Assembly: GCF_044704955.1 (NCBI RefSeq)
Contig: NC_091999.1
Location: 10,602,001-10,666,000, forward strand
Source: Pristiophorus japonicus
Taxonomy: Eukaryota
Reading direction: 5' to 3'
Length of the DNA: 64,000 nucleotides
The notes under the pieces were generated by a model. It was not told the DNA's origin. It did not search any database and saw nothing but the letters and a program-made list of their open reading frames with translations. Shown here one piece after another: positions 51,400 through 64,000 of this stretch. Within the stretch, counting starts at the first letter, position 1. Every line of letters starts with the position of its first letter. Position numbers and translations under genes: made by a program.

Positions 51400-54300
51400 G
51401 ATAGGTGGAGATTTATTCAACGTCCCAGCTTCCACAGCTCTCCGAGGCAGCGAATTCCACAGATTTACAACCCCTGAGAGAAGAAATGTTTCCTTGCCTC
51501 TGTTTTAAATGGGCGGCCACTTATTCTAAAATTGTGCCCTCTAGCTCTGGTCTGCCCCGTGGGAATATCCTCTCTGCATGCACCTTGTCAAGCCCCCTCA
51601 TATTCGTATGCGTTTCGGAAAGATCACCTCTCATTCTTCTTAGTTCCAATGAGTAGAGGCCCAACCTACTCAGCCTTTCCTCATAAGTCAATCCCCTCCC
51701 CGGAATCAACCTAGTGCACCTTCTCTGAACTCCCTCCAGAACAAGTATCTCCTTTCGAAAATGTGGAAAACAAAACTGCATGCAATATTCCAGGTGTGAA
51801 ATCAGCGATAACATATCTAGCTGTATTAAGAATTCCCTAATTTTTTACCCCATATCCTTTGCAATAAAGGCCAAGATACCATTCGCCTTCCTGATCATTT
51901 GCTGTACCTGCATACTATCCTTTTGTGTTTCATGCACAAGTAGCCCCAGGTCCCGCTGTACTGCGGCACTTTGCAATCTTTCTCCACTTTAATAATAACT
52001 TGCACTTTAATTTTTCTGCCAACGTGCATGACCTCACACATTCTAACATTATACTGCATCTGCCAAAATTTATGCCCACTAACTTAGCCTCTTTATGTCC
52101 TTTTGCAGATTTTTTGTGTCCGCCTCACACATTGCTTTTCCTCCGATCTTTGTTTCCTCAGCAAACTTGGCTACGTTACACTCAGTCCCTTCTTCCAAGT
52201 CGTTAATATAGATTGTCAATAGTTGGTGTCCAAGCACTGATCCTTGCAGCACCCCACTAGATATTGGGGCGTATGTCCATAAATCCTTAACGGTTGCAGG
52301 AAAGGCCAATAAGGTACTTCAAAAGGCAGATGGAATGCTTTCCTTTATCAGCCGACGCATAGAATAAAAGAGCAGTGAACCTATACTAGAACTGTGTACA
52401 AAACTAATTATCCCACAGCTTGAGTACTGTGTACAGACCTGGTCACCACATTACAGGAAAGAGGTGATGGCACTCGAGTGCGTACAGAGGAGATTTACAT
52501 AGATGTTGCCAGGACTGGAAATTTTTTAGCTATGAGGAAAGATTGGATAGGCTGGGGTTGTTTTCTTTCGACCAGATGAGGCTGAGGGGAAATTTAATTA
52601 ACGTGTATAGAATTATGAGGGTCCTAGATACAGTAGATAGGAAGGAACTATTTCCCTTAGCAAAGGGTCAATAACCAGGGGGCATGGGATCAAAGTGTTT
52701 GGTAGAAGGATTCGAGGGGAGAGGAGGAAATGTAAATTCACCTAGAGGGTGGTGGAGGTCTGCAACTCACTGCCAGAAAGGGTGGTAGAGGCAGAAACCC
52801 TCATCATATTTAAAAAGTACTTGGATGTTCACGAAAGAGCCGTGGCCTACAGGGCTATGTACATAATGCCAGAAATTGGGAATCGGCAGGATTGCTATTT
52901 ATCAACACGAGGGGTCGAATGGCTACCCTTGTATATCGTAATTTATGATTCTATGTACAGACTGTGTCTGTGTTTGGCACTGTCTTCCGTTTGATCTCCC
53001 TGACATGTTCCAATTTGCCTAAATCTCTTGCTTCAACACAACAAGGTGCTCCATTGATAGTATCAGTTATAATTAAAAAAAATAACTAAAGCTCAGTGAC
53101 ATATTTAAAATTTCAGCAGTCACAGCATGATTCAATCATTTATTCATTAAGCAGGAATAATGGGAAGCATCGACACACTCTGTATATGCCGCGGTTCCAC
53201 AGAATTCGAATCTGTGTGTTTTCATGTTGTTTTGTCCGAGCTTCTTTCATCAGTTGTGTCTTGGTGTTAAAAATAAACAAAGGGAATCACCAAAATTTAA
53301 GCTGAAGTTGCTATTAACGCCGGGCATTTCTCTTTCTGCATTAAAGAGTATAATAATAGTAAAAAAAAAAGAAAATGTCATAATCGTACAACAACTTCCA
53401 CCTGTATTTCGAAAATTCCGTGCTTCCTCAGGCAGATGGCAGTTTAGCTCACTTCGTCACCAGAGGGAGCTCGGGCATGTGCCTAAGGTTGCACTGCAGC
53501 AAATGAATCGCAAGATCACAAGGTCGTGGAGGATGAGGAACACCGTTCATCCGATCATAATTTAATCTTCCAGAATATCGACACCCTAAAATATGCTTTA
53601 TTGTTAAAAGGTACTTCTGAATCTTGAAATTCAATGTGATTTGCACACGAATCACAGAAAGTTAACATGCAGTTACAGAAAGCTTTGGAAGAAAAATCGT
53701 ATGTTAACATTTATTACAAGGCGTTACAGGGACAGAGTTAGGAAATCTTGCTGCAAATATATTGAGTTTTGGTGAGACCATACCGGGAGTACTGTGTTCA
53801 GTTTTGTTATCCTTATCGGAGGATGGAAGTACTTGCCATAAATTCAACGAAATTTTCCTAGATTTAATTCCTAAAAAGAAAAGGCTCTTCTATGAGGAGA
53901 GGTTTTGTGGAATTAGTTTACATGCACTGCCGTTTAGCAGAATAAGAGGTGATCTCATTGAAAAGTATGAACTTTTTAGAGGTCTTGATTTGATAGATGT
54001 TGAGAGGTTTTTTTCCCTGCCTGGAGAATCCAGAACTAGGATTCATAAGGACATAAGAACATAAGAAATATATGCAAGAGTAGGCCATTAGGTCCCTTAA
54101 ACCTGCTCCATCATTCAATTAGATCATTACTGACCTGATCATGAGCTCAGCTTACTTCCCTGCCCGCTTGCATTAACCTTTTACTCCTTTATCATCCAAA
54201 AATATGTCTATCTCCACCTTGAATAGATTCAATGTCCCAGCCTCCACAGATCTCTTGGGCAGTGAATTCCACAGATTTACAACCCTTTGAGGGAACAAAT

Positions 54301-57300
54301 TCCTCCTCATCTCAGTTTTAAATGTGCGATACCTTATTCTGAAACTATGGCCCCTCGTTTGAGATTCCCCCATGAGTGGAAACATCCTCTCTGCATCTAC
54401 TTTGTCGGGATTCCTCAGTATCTTATATATCTAAATAAAATCACGTCTCATTAATTTGAACTCCAGTGAGTATAGGCCGAACCTGCTCAACCTTTCTTCA
54501 CAAGTCAACCTCTTCATCTCAGGAATCAATCTTGTGAACATTGTCTGAACTGCCTCCAATGCAAGTATATCCCTGCTTCAATAAGGATAGCAGCATTGTA
54601 CGCAGTAGAGTAGGTGTGGCCTCACCAGTAACCTGTACAGTTGTAGCAGGAATTCTCTGCTTTTATACTCGACACGCTTGTAATGAAGGCCAACATACAA
54701 TTTGCCTTCCAGCTTATTTGCTGTACGTGTATACTGACTTTTGCTGCTTCATGTACAAGGACGCCCAGGTCCCTCTGTACTGCAGCTTTTTGTAATTTCC
54801 TCCATTTAACTAAGAATTAGCTTTTTTATTATTTCTGCCAAAGTGGACAACCTAACACTTTCCCACATTATACTCCAAAATCCCAGACTCCTCCCGGATT
54901 CGGGAACAATATCCTCGCACGGGTGGTGGGTGTTGCTAGTCCTGATGGGAGGGTATGAATAAGCTTGGCAGCGTGGTGGGAACTTGAGAGTAGATTCAGA
55001 AGGGAGATAACCAACGATGGAATTAGATAGCAGCACATGTGAAAAGGATATTGTCGAGAGGGGAAGCAAAGGCTAGAAAATAAACGGAGTTTGGCACTGC
55101 TAAAAGGTGTATACTCAAAGCAATGAGTCCGCAGAATAATGCAGATGAGATGAGAGCACAGATAGACACTTGGGTGTATGATATAATAGCTATTACTGAC
55201 ATATGTCTGAAAGAAGGGCAGGTATGGCAGCTCGACATTCCTGGTTACTGGGTATTCAGACGTGAAAGAGAGATTTTTAAAAAGGATTGTGGGTGGGTTG
55301 CAACATTGATTAAACAATCAATTACAGCTGTGAGGAGGGATGATATGGTAGAAGGATCATCAAATAAGACAATATGGGTTGAATGTAAGAACGGAAAAGG
55401 GACAATCACACTGATGGGAGTGAACTGTAAAGCCTCAAACAGTCAGAGAGAGACAGAAGCGCAAATCTGCAGGCACATTTCTGAGAAATGCAAAAACTAT
55501 CGGGCTGTAATAGTAGGGGATTTATGCTATCCTAATATTAACTGGGATAGATTAAGTGTGAAAGATATGGAGTGTGCTGATTTCCAAAAATGCATTCAGA
55601 AGAGGTTTTTAGCCAGTGTGTCGCAAGCCGACGAAGTGCGGGTTCTGCACTTAATTTTAGTGAATGAAGCTGGGCACCGGAAAGGGATATCAGTGGGAGA
55701 GAAAGTTGCTGCTAATGATCATGACTCAGTTAGAGTAAGGATCGTTCTGGAAAAGGACAAAGATAGACCAGGAATAACAATTCTCAATTGGGGGAATGCC
55801 AAAGTGGATTGGAACAGCTTATTGAAGGTAAATCATTGTCAGAGCAGTGAGATGCATTGAACGTGGAGATCCTGAGATCAAGTTTGTTCCTTAAAAGAAA
55901 AAGCGTGGGACTAACAAATCTAGAGCATCCAGGGTGTCAAGCAGCATACAGGGTAGGATAAAGAAAAACTGTTACGTTTATGACAGATACCGAGGGCTCA
56001 ATACTGCAGAAACCCTAGTGTAGTATGGAAAGTGCAGGAGCGAAATTAAATGGGAAATTAATGAGATGAAAAAAAGATTGGCAGGTAAATCTAGGTAAAG
56101 CCAAAGATTTTTTATAAATACATTAAGAACAAGAGAATAAAAAAGAGTAGAGCCTATTAGAGACCATAAAGGTAATTACTGTGTGGAGGCGGATGACGTA
56201 GGTGTGATTCTTAATGAATACTTTGCGTCTGTTTTCACAACATAGAGGGTTGAAACAGTCATTACAATGAGGGAGGAGGAGTGTGAAATATTGCTTCAGT
56301 AAACCCAGCGAGAGAGGAATTGTTAACAGGTTTAGCAGATTTGAGAGTGGATAAATTCCCAGGCTCAGATGAAATATATCCCAGGCTGTGCAGAAAAGCA
56401 CATGTGGAAATAGCAGAGGCTCTGACCATCATTTTCCTAACCACTCTGGTTACAGGTGCCCGGAGGACTGGAGGACTGCTCATAGTGTACCCTAGTTTAA
56501 AGAGGGAGAAAGGGACAGGCAGAATAATTACATGCCAGTAAGCCTAATTTCGGTGGTGGGAAAATTATTGGAATTAACTTTAAGGGAGAGGATAAATCTT
56601 CATTGAGAAAGACACGGATTAATAATGGATAGTCAGCGTGGATGTGTTAAGGGAAGTTAGTGTCCGACTAACCTAATACACATTTTTGAGGAGTTAAGAA
56701 GAAGGGTCAATCAGGGTAATAACTTTGATTTAATGTATATGGATTGAAGCAAGGCTTTTGATGAGTTTCCACATGGAAGATTTTTCACGAAGGTATACGC
56801 CGATATGATCCAGGCCAATGTGGCAAGTTGGATACAAGTTTGGCCCAGAGGCAGGAACCAAACGGTAATGCTCGTTGGTTGTTTTTTGTGCCTGAAAGCC
56901 TGTTTCCAGTGCGGTTCCGCAGGGAACAGTTGTAGGTCCCTTGACTTGTGTGGTAGATGTCAACGATTTAGATTTGATTGGAGGGGATATGATTGAGAAG
57001 GTTGCAGATGATACAAAAATGTTTCGTGTGGTTGAAAATGAGGAAGAAATATGTAACCTGCAGGAATATATCAATGAAGTGATTAGGTGGAAACGGCATT
57101 AGCAAATGTACTTCAAACCTGAAAAGTGTGAGGTAATGCATTTGGGGAGGCTGAACAAGGCAAGGTAATACACATTCAATGGTAGGAGACTGAGATGTGT
57201 GGAGGAAAGTAGGGATATTGGAGTGCATTTCCATGGATCACTAGCGGTAGCAACCCGTGTATATAATGTGGTTTAGAAGTCATACAGAATAGTTTCCTGA

Positions 57301-57905
57301 TTAGAAGGCATACAGGATACTTGCCCTGTTGCTTGAACTGTATATAACACTAGTTGGGCCACAGCCAGAGTACTGCATACAGTTCTGGTCACCACATTAC
57401 AGGAACGTGACTGTACTAGAGAGGGTACAGAGGAGATTTGCGGGGATGATGCATGGACTGGATAATTTTCACCATGAGGAATGATTGGATAGGCTGGGTT
57501 TGATTTCATTGCAGAAAGGAAGTTGAGGGCAAACCATATTGAGGTGTATACAATGATGGAGGCGGGGGCTAAATAGTGTAAATAGGCGCACTTATTTCGC
57601 TTAGTGGAGGGGTCAACAACCAGGATGCAGAGATTTAAATTAATTGGCAGACGGTTTAGAGGAGATTTGAAGGGAAAAGATTTCATCCAGTTGGTGGTGA
57701 GAGTTTGGAACACACTGCCTGAGAGGTGGTTGAGGCAGAAACCCTCATACTACTTAAAAAGTACTTGGATGTTCATTTCAAATTTCGCAACTTACAAGGC
57801 TATGGACCAAGAGCTGGAAAGTGGGTGAAGGCTGGACAGCTCTTTGTCAGCCGGTGGAATGTGCCGAAATGCTCTCCTTGCGAGCTGTAAATTTCTATGA
57901 TTCTA
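51400..57905. mobile_element. Cluster of CR1 fragments in both orientations, including an older plus-strand copy at ~54960-57905
   Basis: Repeated RT and APE motifs (DIIAIT, VIVGDL, DKFPGSDEIYPR, LEYC..WSP) and ataagaac/ttctatga tails. Confidence 0.9.
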
Positions 57906-58049
57906 TAATTCACTGATAAAATCTCAGCCATTGTTGTCTGCGGTGTGGAGCAACTTCTTCATTCACAAAATTGTGAAAATTTGGAATTCTCTACCCGAGA
58001 GGCCTGTGGTTGCTGAATGGTTGAGTATGTTCAAGACAGAGATGTATAG

Positions 58050-60612
58050 AAACATAGAAACATAGAAAATAGGTGTAGGAGTCGGCCATTTGGCCCTTCT
58101 AGCCTGCACCGCCATTCAATGAGTTCATGGCTGAACCTGCAACTTCAGTACCCCATTCCTGCTTTCTCACCATACCCCTTGATTCACCTAGTAGTAAGGA
58201 CTCCATCTAACTCGTTTTTGAATATATTTAGTGAATTGGCCTCAACAACGTTCTGTGGTCGAGAAATCCACAGGTTCACCACTCTCTGGTGAAGAAATTC
58301 CTCCTCATCTCGGTCCTAAATGGCTTACCCCTTATCCATAGACTGTGTCCCCTGGTTCTGGACTTCCCCAACAGTGGGAACATTTTTCCTGCATCTAACC
58401 TGTCTAACCCCGTCAGAATTTTAAATGTTTCTATGAGGTCCCCTCTCATTCTTCTGAACTCCAGTGAATACAAGCCCAGTTGATCCAGTCTTTCTTGATA
58501 GGTCAGTCCCGCCATCCCGGGAATCAGTCTGGTGAACCTTCGCTGCACTCTCTCAATAGCAAGAATGTCCTTCCTCAGGTTAGGAGACCAAAACTGGAAA
58601 CAATACTCCAGGTGTGGCGTCACCAAGGCCCTATACAAATGTAGCAACACAGCCCTGCCCCTGTACTCAAATCCCCTCGCTATGAAGGCCAACATGCCAT
58701 TTGCTTTCTTAACCACCTGCTGTACCTGCATGCCAACCTTCAATGACTGATGTACGATGACACCCAGGTCTCGCTGCACCTCCCCTTTTCCTAATCTGTC
58801 ACCTTACAGATAACAGTCTGTCTCTCTGTTATTACCACCAAAGTGGATAACCTCACATTTATCCACATTATGCTTCATCTGCCATGCATTTGCCCACTCA
58901 CCTAACCTATCCAAGTCGATCTGCAGCCTCATAGCATCCTCCTCGCAGCTCACACTGTCACACAACTTAGTGTCATCCGCAAATTTGGAGATACTACGTT
59001 TAATCCCCTCGTCTAAATCATTAATATACAGTGTAAACAGCTGGGGCCCCAGCACAGAACCTTGCAGTATCCCACTAGTCACTGCCTGCCATTCTGAAGA
59101 GTCCCCATTTACTCCTACTCTTTGCTTCCTGTCTGACAACCAGTTCTCAATCTATGTCAGCACACTACCCCCAATCCCATGTGCTTTAACTTTGCACCTT
59201 AATCTCTTGTGTGGGACCTTGTCGAAAGCCTTCTGAAAGTCCAAATATACCACGTCAACTGGTTCTCCCTTGTCCACTCTACTGGTAACATCCTCAAAAA
59301 ATTACAGAAGATTTGTCAAGCATGATTTCCCTTTCACAAATCCATGCTGACTTGGACCTATCATATCACCTCTTTCCAAATGCACTGCTATGACATCCTT
59401 AATAATTGATTCCATCATTTTACCCACTACCGATGTCAGGCTGACCGGTCTATAATTCCCTGTTATCTCTCTCCCTCCTTTTTTAAAAAGTGGGGTTACA
59501 TTGGCTACCCTCCACTCCATAGGAACTGATCCAGAATCAATGGAATGTTGGACAATGACTGTCAATGCATCCACTATTTCCAAGGCCACCTCCTTAAGTA
59601 CTCTGGGATGCAGTCCATCAGGCCCTGGGGATTTATCGGCCTTCAATCCCATCAATTTCCCCAACACAATTTCCCGACTAATAAAGATTTCCCTCAGTTC
59701 CTCCTTCTTACTCGACCCTCCGACCCCTTTTATATCCGGAAGGTTGTTTGTGTCCTCCTCAGTGAATCCCGAACCAAAGTACTTGTTCAATTGATCCGCC
59801 ATTTCTTTGTTCCCCGTTATGACTTCCCCTGATTCTGACTGCAGGGGACCTACATGTGTCTTTACTAACCTTTTTCTCTTTACATATCTATAGAAACTTT
59901 TGCAATCCGTCTTAATGTTCCCTGCAAGCTTCTTCTCGTACTCCATTTTCCCTGCCCTAATCAAACCCTTTGTCCTCCTCTGCTGAGTTCTAAATTTATC
60001 CCAGACCCCGGGTTCGCTGCTATTTCTGGCCAATTTGTATGCCACTTCCTTGGCTTTAATACTATCCCTGATTTCCCTTGATAGCCACGGTTGAGCCGCC
60101 TTCCCTTTTTTATTTTTACGTCAGACAGGAATGTACACTTGTTGTAGTTCATCCATGCGGTCTCTCAATCTCTGCCATTGCCCATCCACAGTCAACCCCT
60201 TCAGCATCATTCGCCAATCTTTCCGAGCCATTTCACGCCTCATACCTTCAAAGTTACCCTTCTTTAAGTTCTGGACCATGGTCTCTGAATTAACTGTTTC
60301 ATTCTCCATTCTAATGCAGAATTCCACCATATTATGGTCACTCTTCACCAAGGGGTCTCGCACAACGAGATTGCTAATTAATCCTCTCTCATTACACAAC
60401 ACCCAGTCTAAGATGCCTCCCCGCTAGTTGGTTCTTCGACATATTGGTCGAAAAAACCATCCCTTATGCACTCCAGGAAATCCTCCCCCACCGTACTGCT
60501 TCTAGTTTGGTTAACCCAATCTATGTGCATTTTAAAATCAACCATTATAACTGCTGCACCTTTATTGCACGCACCCCTAATTTCATGTTTGATGCCCTCC
60601 CCAACATCATTA
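58050..60612 (-). mobile_element. CR1 ORF2, closely related to 40550-43140
   Basis: Near-identical peptides such as AYKLARN..KSPGPDGLHPRVLKEVALEI; (AGAAACAT)n tail. Confidence 0.95.
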
Positions 60613-62737
60613 TTGGATAGTAATGCAATCAATAGAAATGATATTTGGGCGGGAAAGTGGATTTGATGTGCAAGTTCATCCATGATCTTATTGAATGATG
60701 GAGCGAGTTCGATGGGTGGTGTGGTCTATCCCTGCTGCTATTACTTATGTTCTTACCAAAGTAATTCCAATCTGATGGATTTTTCTAACTTTTCCCAGAG
60801 CCCTTTCCAACTGTTTATCCAGCCGTCTCTCCCTGAAATTCCCTCCCAGTATGTCTATATGTGTTTCTCGCCCTAACTCTCCCTGAATCTTTTCTAATGT
60901 GTGTAGATCTATTTCGCTCTCAGTGTCTCTCAGTTAATAACACATTTGAAAAGCAAGTAGGAATACCTCACCTCAAGAACTTCAGCCTTTCAAGAAGGCA
61001 GCTCAAAACCAACTTCTCAAGCATAATTAGGAATGAGCAACAAATGTTGGCCCTGCCATCGACGCAGCCGTTCCGTGAAATAATAATAACCACGGATGGG
61101 CCGACGGGTCGTGCTCGTTTACGTCGATAGTCCTTTCGTGCAGTGAAAATATCCAAGTGTTTTTTTTCGATTCCATTCCCAGGAGATTACATTCGATTAG
61201 CTGAGAGTAACTGTTGTAGAAGACGAGAATAGTCAATGATTTGTAGCCATTGCAAACAGCGCATGTCACCTGTATCCCGGCGCTGCTGCACCAACATATC
61301 AGAAATCTTCCCACATTCATTTAAAATACTTCCTATGCAAAACTAATTTTATGAGCTCTATTTGAATGGTGGAGAAATACTAGCTAATCTTCTGAGTCCC
61401 ATCAGATATAATAGATCTCCATCCTTTTTTCCTTTCTGCCTCCTCTGTTTTCAAAACGAAGTCCCAGAGGGAGATAGGTCAGTGCTTGACCCATAGCCCT
61501 ATTAGACAGAGGGGACCTCTGCTCTCTGTTTGGGCGGAGTTACGCCGGTAGTGCATGAGTTAACGTTAAACTTGGCAGCTTTTGTTCAAGACAATAAATG
61601 ATAAAATGATAAAGCAGAGGGCGTGGTAGTTAGTACAAAGCGTCAGCACTTGCATTCTTCCGTGGCCCTCAGTGAGGATATAACAGATAGTTGTCATCAT
61701 ACCTGATAATGATATAATCGATTGCACATCAGAATATCCCCGAAGTAATCGAGTTTCCAATAATATTCTTGATCGACAAAGATAAACTAGGAACACGTAT
61801 AAACTTGCTATGAATGGAATTGTTACTTTCACGTTTTTACTTTAGGTGACTGTTTTGTGCATTCGCTGTTAAAATATATATATTTTGACTAATTTTCCAC
61901 CTCATTTCATCAGCAGTTATCAGCAGCGAGGCTATGATCCATCAATCACAGCGGGTGTTTGCACAAGATAGAGAGTCGATTGAAATCTAGTGCTATGCAA
62001 GCACCAGCGGCAGTGAGCGCATCATATGGTACAGGCAACTCGAGAAACATGCCCTGAAATGTATCATATCTGCTATCCAGGGCAACACCACTGACGGACG
62101 ATTCAGACACTTCGTTGCCCCAACAATAAGTCACATCATTCTCGGTATGCACAGACCACGGTATCAGACGCTGGAGCAGTTAGGCACCGTGAGACAAAGA
62201 CTGAGCGCTCCAGTACAATACCTCCTGCTGGTTTCTATTCGATAATGGCTACATCGCTGATCTCCTCTGCTGCTGGTTTTGACTGCTCTGTGAGCTACAT
62301 TTCCACAGTCTCAAATCCTCCTGTAAGGAAAGTTTTAATCAGACTGCACTGAATGTGTTGACTCCTCTGTGTGGTACAGTGACACAGGCTACAATCTGCA
62401 AGGTACGAGTGATATAGAGATTAACTTGGTTACAAATACCCAGCACCAGGAATGTTCCGTTAGGGAGTCACTCTCACAAAGTGTTGACGTTTACCTCAGT
62501 GCCCTTCATAATGAGGAGACGTACTTGCTGGTCCTTCGACCACTGACTTGTCCGGATATCAACTGGAGATGAAAAATACACATTTCCAGTCAATCCAAGA
62601 ACAGCAAATCCACGTGACAGAGACTTTAACAGGGAGGCGCTGACTTTACACAGCCGCCTGTTCATTGTCTTTACTCGGTTTGGGGTCTTGTGATGCGAGC
62701 CGTGTGCCGCTTTCTTCTTGACATTGTAATTGCCAGG

Positions 62738-63202
62738 ATGTATTATTCGGTAGAAATGAATCTATTGCCCGTTATTCTGCTGCTGCTAACACGTAGGTAC
62801 GGGAGTTGAGCTCAAAAACCCGCAGTGTGTTTTTAGTCAAGTTGCTCTAGTGTTTTATTATCTCAATGTTTTCACAGGTCGGTGTCTCAGACCAAGTGCT
62901 GCAGTCTCCCGCTGTGGTAAGAGTCTGGATTGGTGATTTTCTGCAGACTAATTGCAGCTTTGACACTCCCAGCTTTTACGCCAAGCACTGGTACAAACAG
63001 AAATCCAGTCAGGCGATCGAGTGGGTATTAAGGCGGGTATTGGCTGGCAGGGAGAGCAGGGATCGATTTGAATTGGATCTTTATACTGCAAACAAACGCG
63101 GCCAATTGATCATTACAAGCACGGTGTGCTCGGATACCGCTCTGTATTACTGTGTGATAGACCCACACTGATAGAAATTGCTGCAGTCTCTGTACAAATA
63201 CC
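62738..63202 (+). CDS. TCR V segment (family B); V domain intact but 2-nt frameshift after the canonical acceptor (ORF or possible pseudogene)
   Basis: Leader MYYSVEMNLLPVILLLLT with gtaggt donor; QVLQSP..TNCSF..HWYKQ..VCSDTALYYCVIDP; RSS CACACTG-23-ACAAATACC (63164-63202). Confidence 0.88.
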
Positions 63203-64000
63203 TTCCTCTTGTTTCCAGTCCCGCAACAGCGGCAGCAGTCTCTCTAATGATGCAGGGCAGGCAAAGTGGGTCAGAGGGAGAGCAGCAGATGGAAGCTGTG
63301 GAAGGGACTGCCGAATGCAATGTGTCTGCAAAGGTTGTCTCTATAATTTCCATTTAACAGCGCGTTTCATCAGAGATAGTGACAGTCAAAATATAAAGTA
63401 TCTATAGGTGGAGCCAGTAACACAATGGGTGCAGTCTATGGTGTGAGGAATGTTTCAGCATTGCCTAATAGTTGGATGATACTCAACGGGCTGGAATCCC
63501 TCACAATGATTGTTTTTCATTTTGTGCCGGTTTTTGACGATGCATCGAGAACATTAGGTTCATTCTCCTGTAACATGCATGTTCACACTGACCTTTCCGC
63601 TCTGTGCAGTCGATTTGCTGTTTTCGATATTTCTAATGAAACAGTGAACGCATTCTAAAAGATTGTGACTGTGATTAGAAAAAACAAATTTCAGCGAACA
63701 TTTATACAGAGAGACCAGGGTAAACGTTCCCCCTGTGTGTCCCCAGCAGAAGGTTAGTGGAACCTGAACCCGCGTCAAGCATGCCAGTCTGATTGATGAC
63801 TGTGAGTGAAATAAACTGAACATCTACCTTTATATTCAAGCCGATATATTGCCAGTTCGAGATAATATCACAACGCCATCATCCGATTGTGTTAGTAATT
63901 TTTCACAGGGGAACATGACCACTTCTGCAAATGCCTGCTGAAACGGTTCTACCTCTGCCTGAAATTAACAGCAGGCGCTACTCTGCTGTGGTGATATCAA

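Noticed and set aside
62100-62440. Plus-strand V pseudogene (APVQYLL, DSSVWY, ACAAATACC)
   Set aside because: The sequence aligns with the shared upstream flank of family B Vs, and lacks proper Cys/Trp spacing and a heptamer.

Overview
Vertebrate genomic DNA, very likely from a cartilaginous fish (shark or ray), inside the V-segment region of a T-cell receptor alpha/delta locus. About 13 TCR V segments or fragments lie on both strands. Three look fully functional (8135-8602, 12199-12620, 30029-30466); the rest are ORF-only or pseudogenes. Embedded among them is a complete NAR-TCR-type cassette on the minus strand: leader, IgNAR-like V with 22/23-RSS, one D with 12/12-RSS, and J with 23-RSS and splice donor (21635-22952). 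I could not find the leaderless supporting V-delta that normally follows such a cassette. Roughly half the window is CR1-clade LINE debris, including one near full-length copy with an esterase ORF1. There are also L2, RTE and SINE fragments, a solo LTR, ERV-like remnants around a 157-N gap, and several minisatellites. The most notable regulatory patterns are (1) a V family with a CTCF-like motif exactly 24 bp beyond a 24-bp-spacer RSS and (2) a ~115-bp module that lies upstream of one V family but sits antisense just beyond the RSS of another. Species and locus assignments are inferred from sequence features only. No C, TCR D or TCR J segments are visible.
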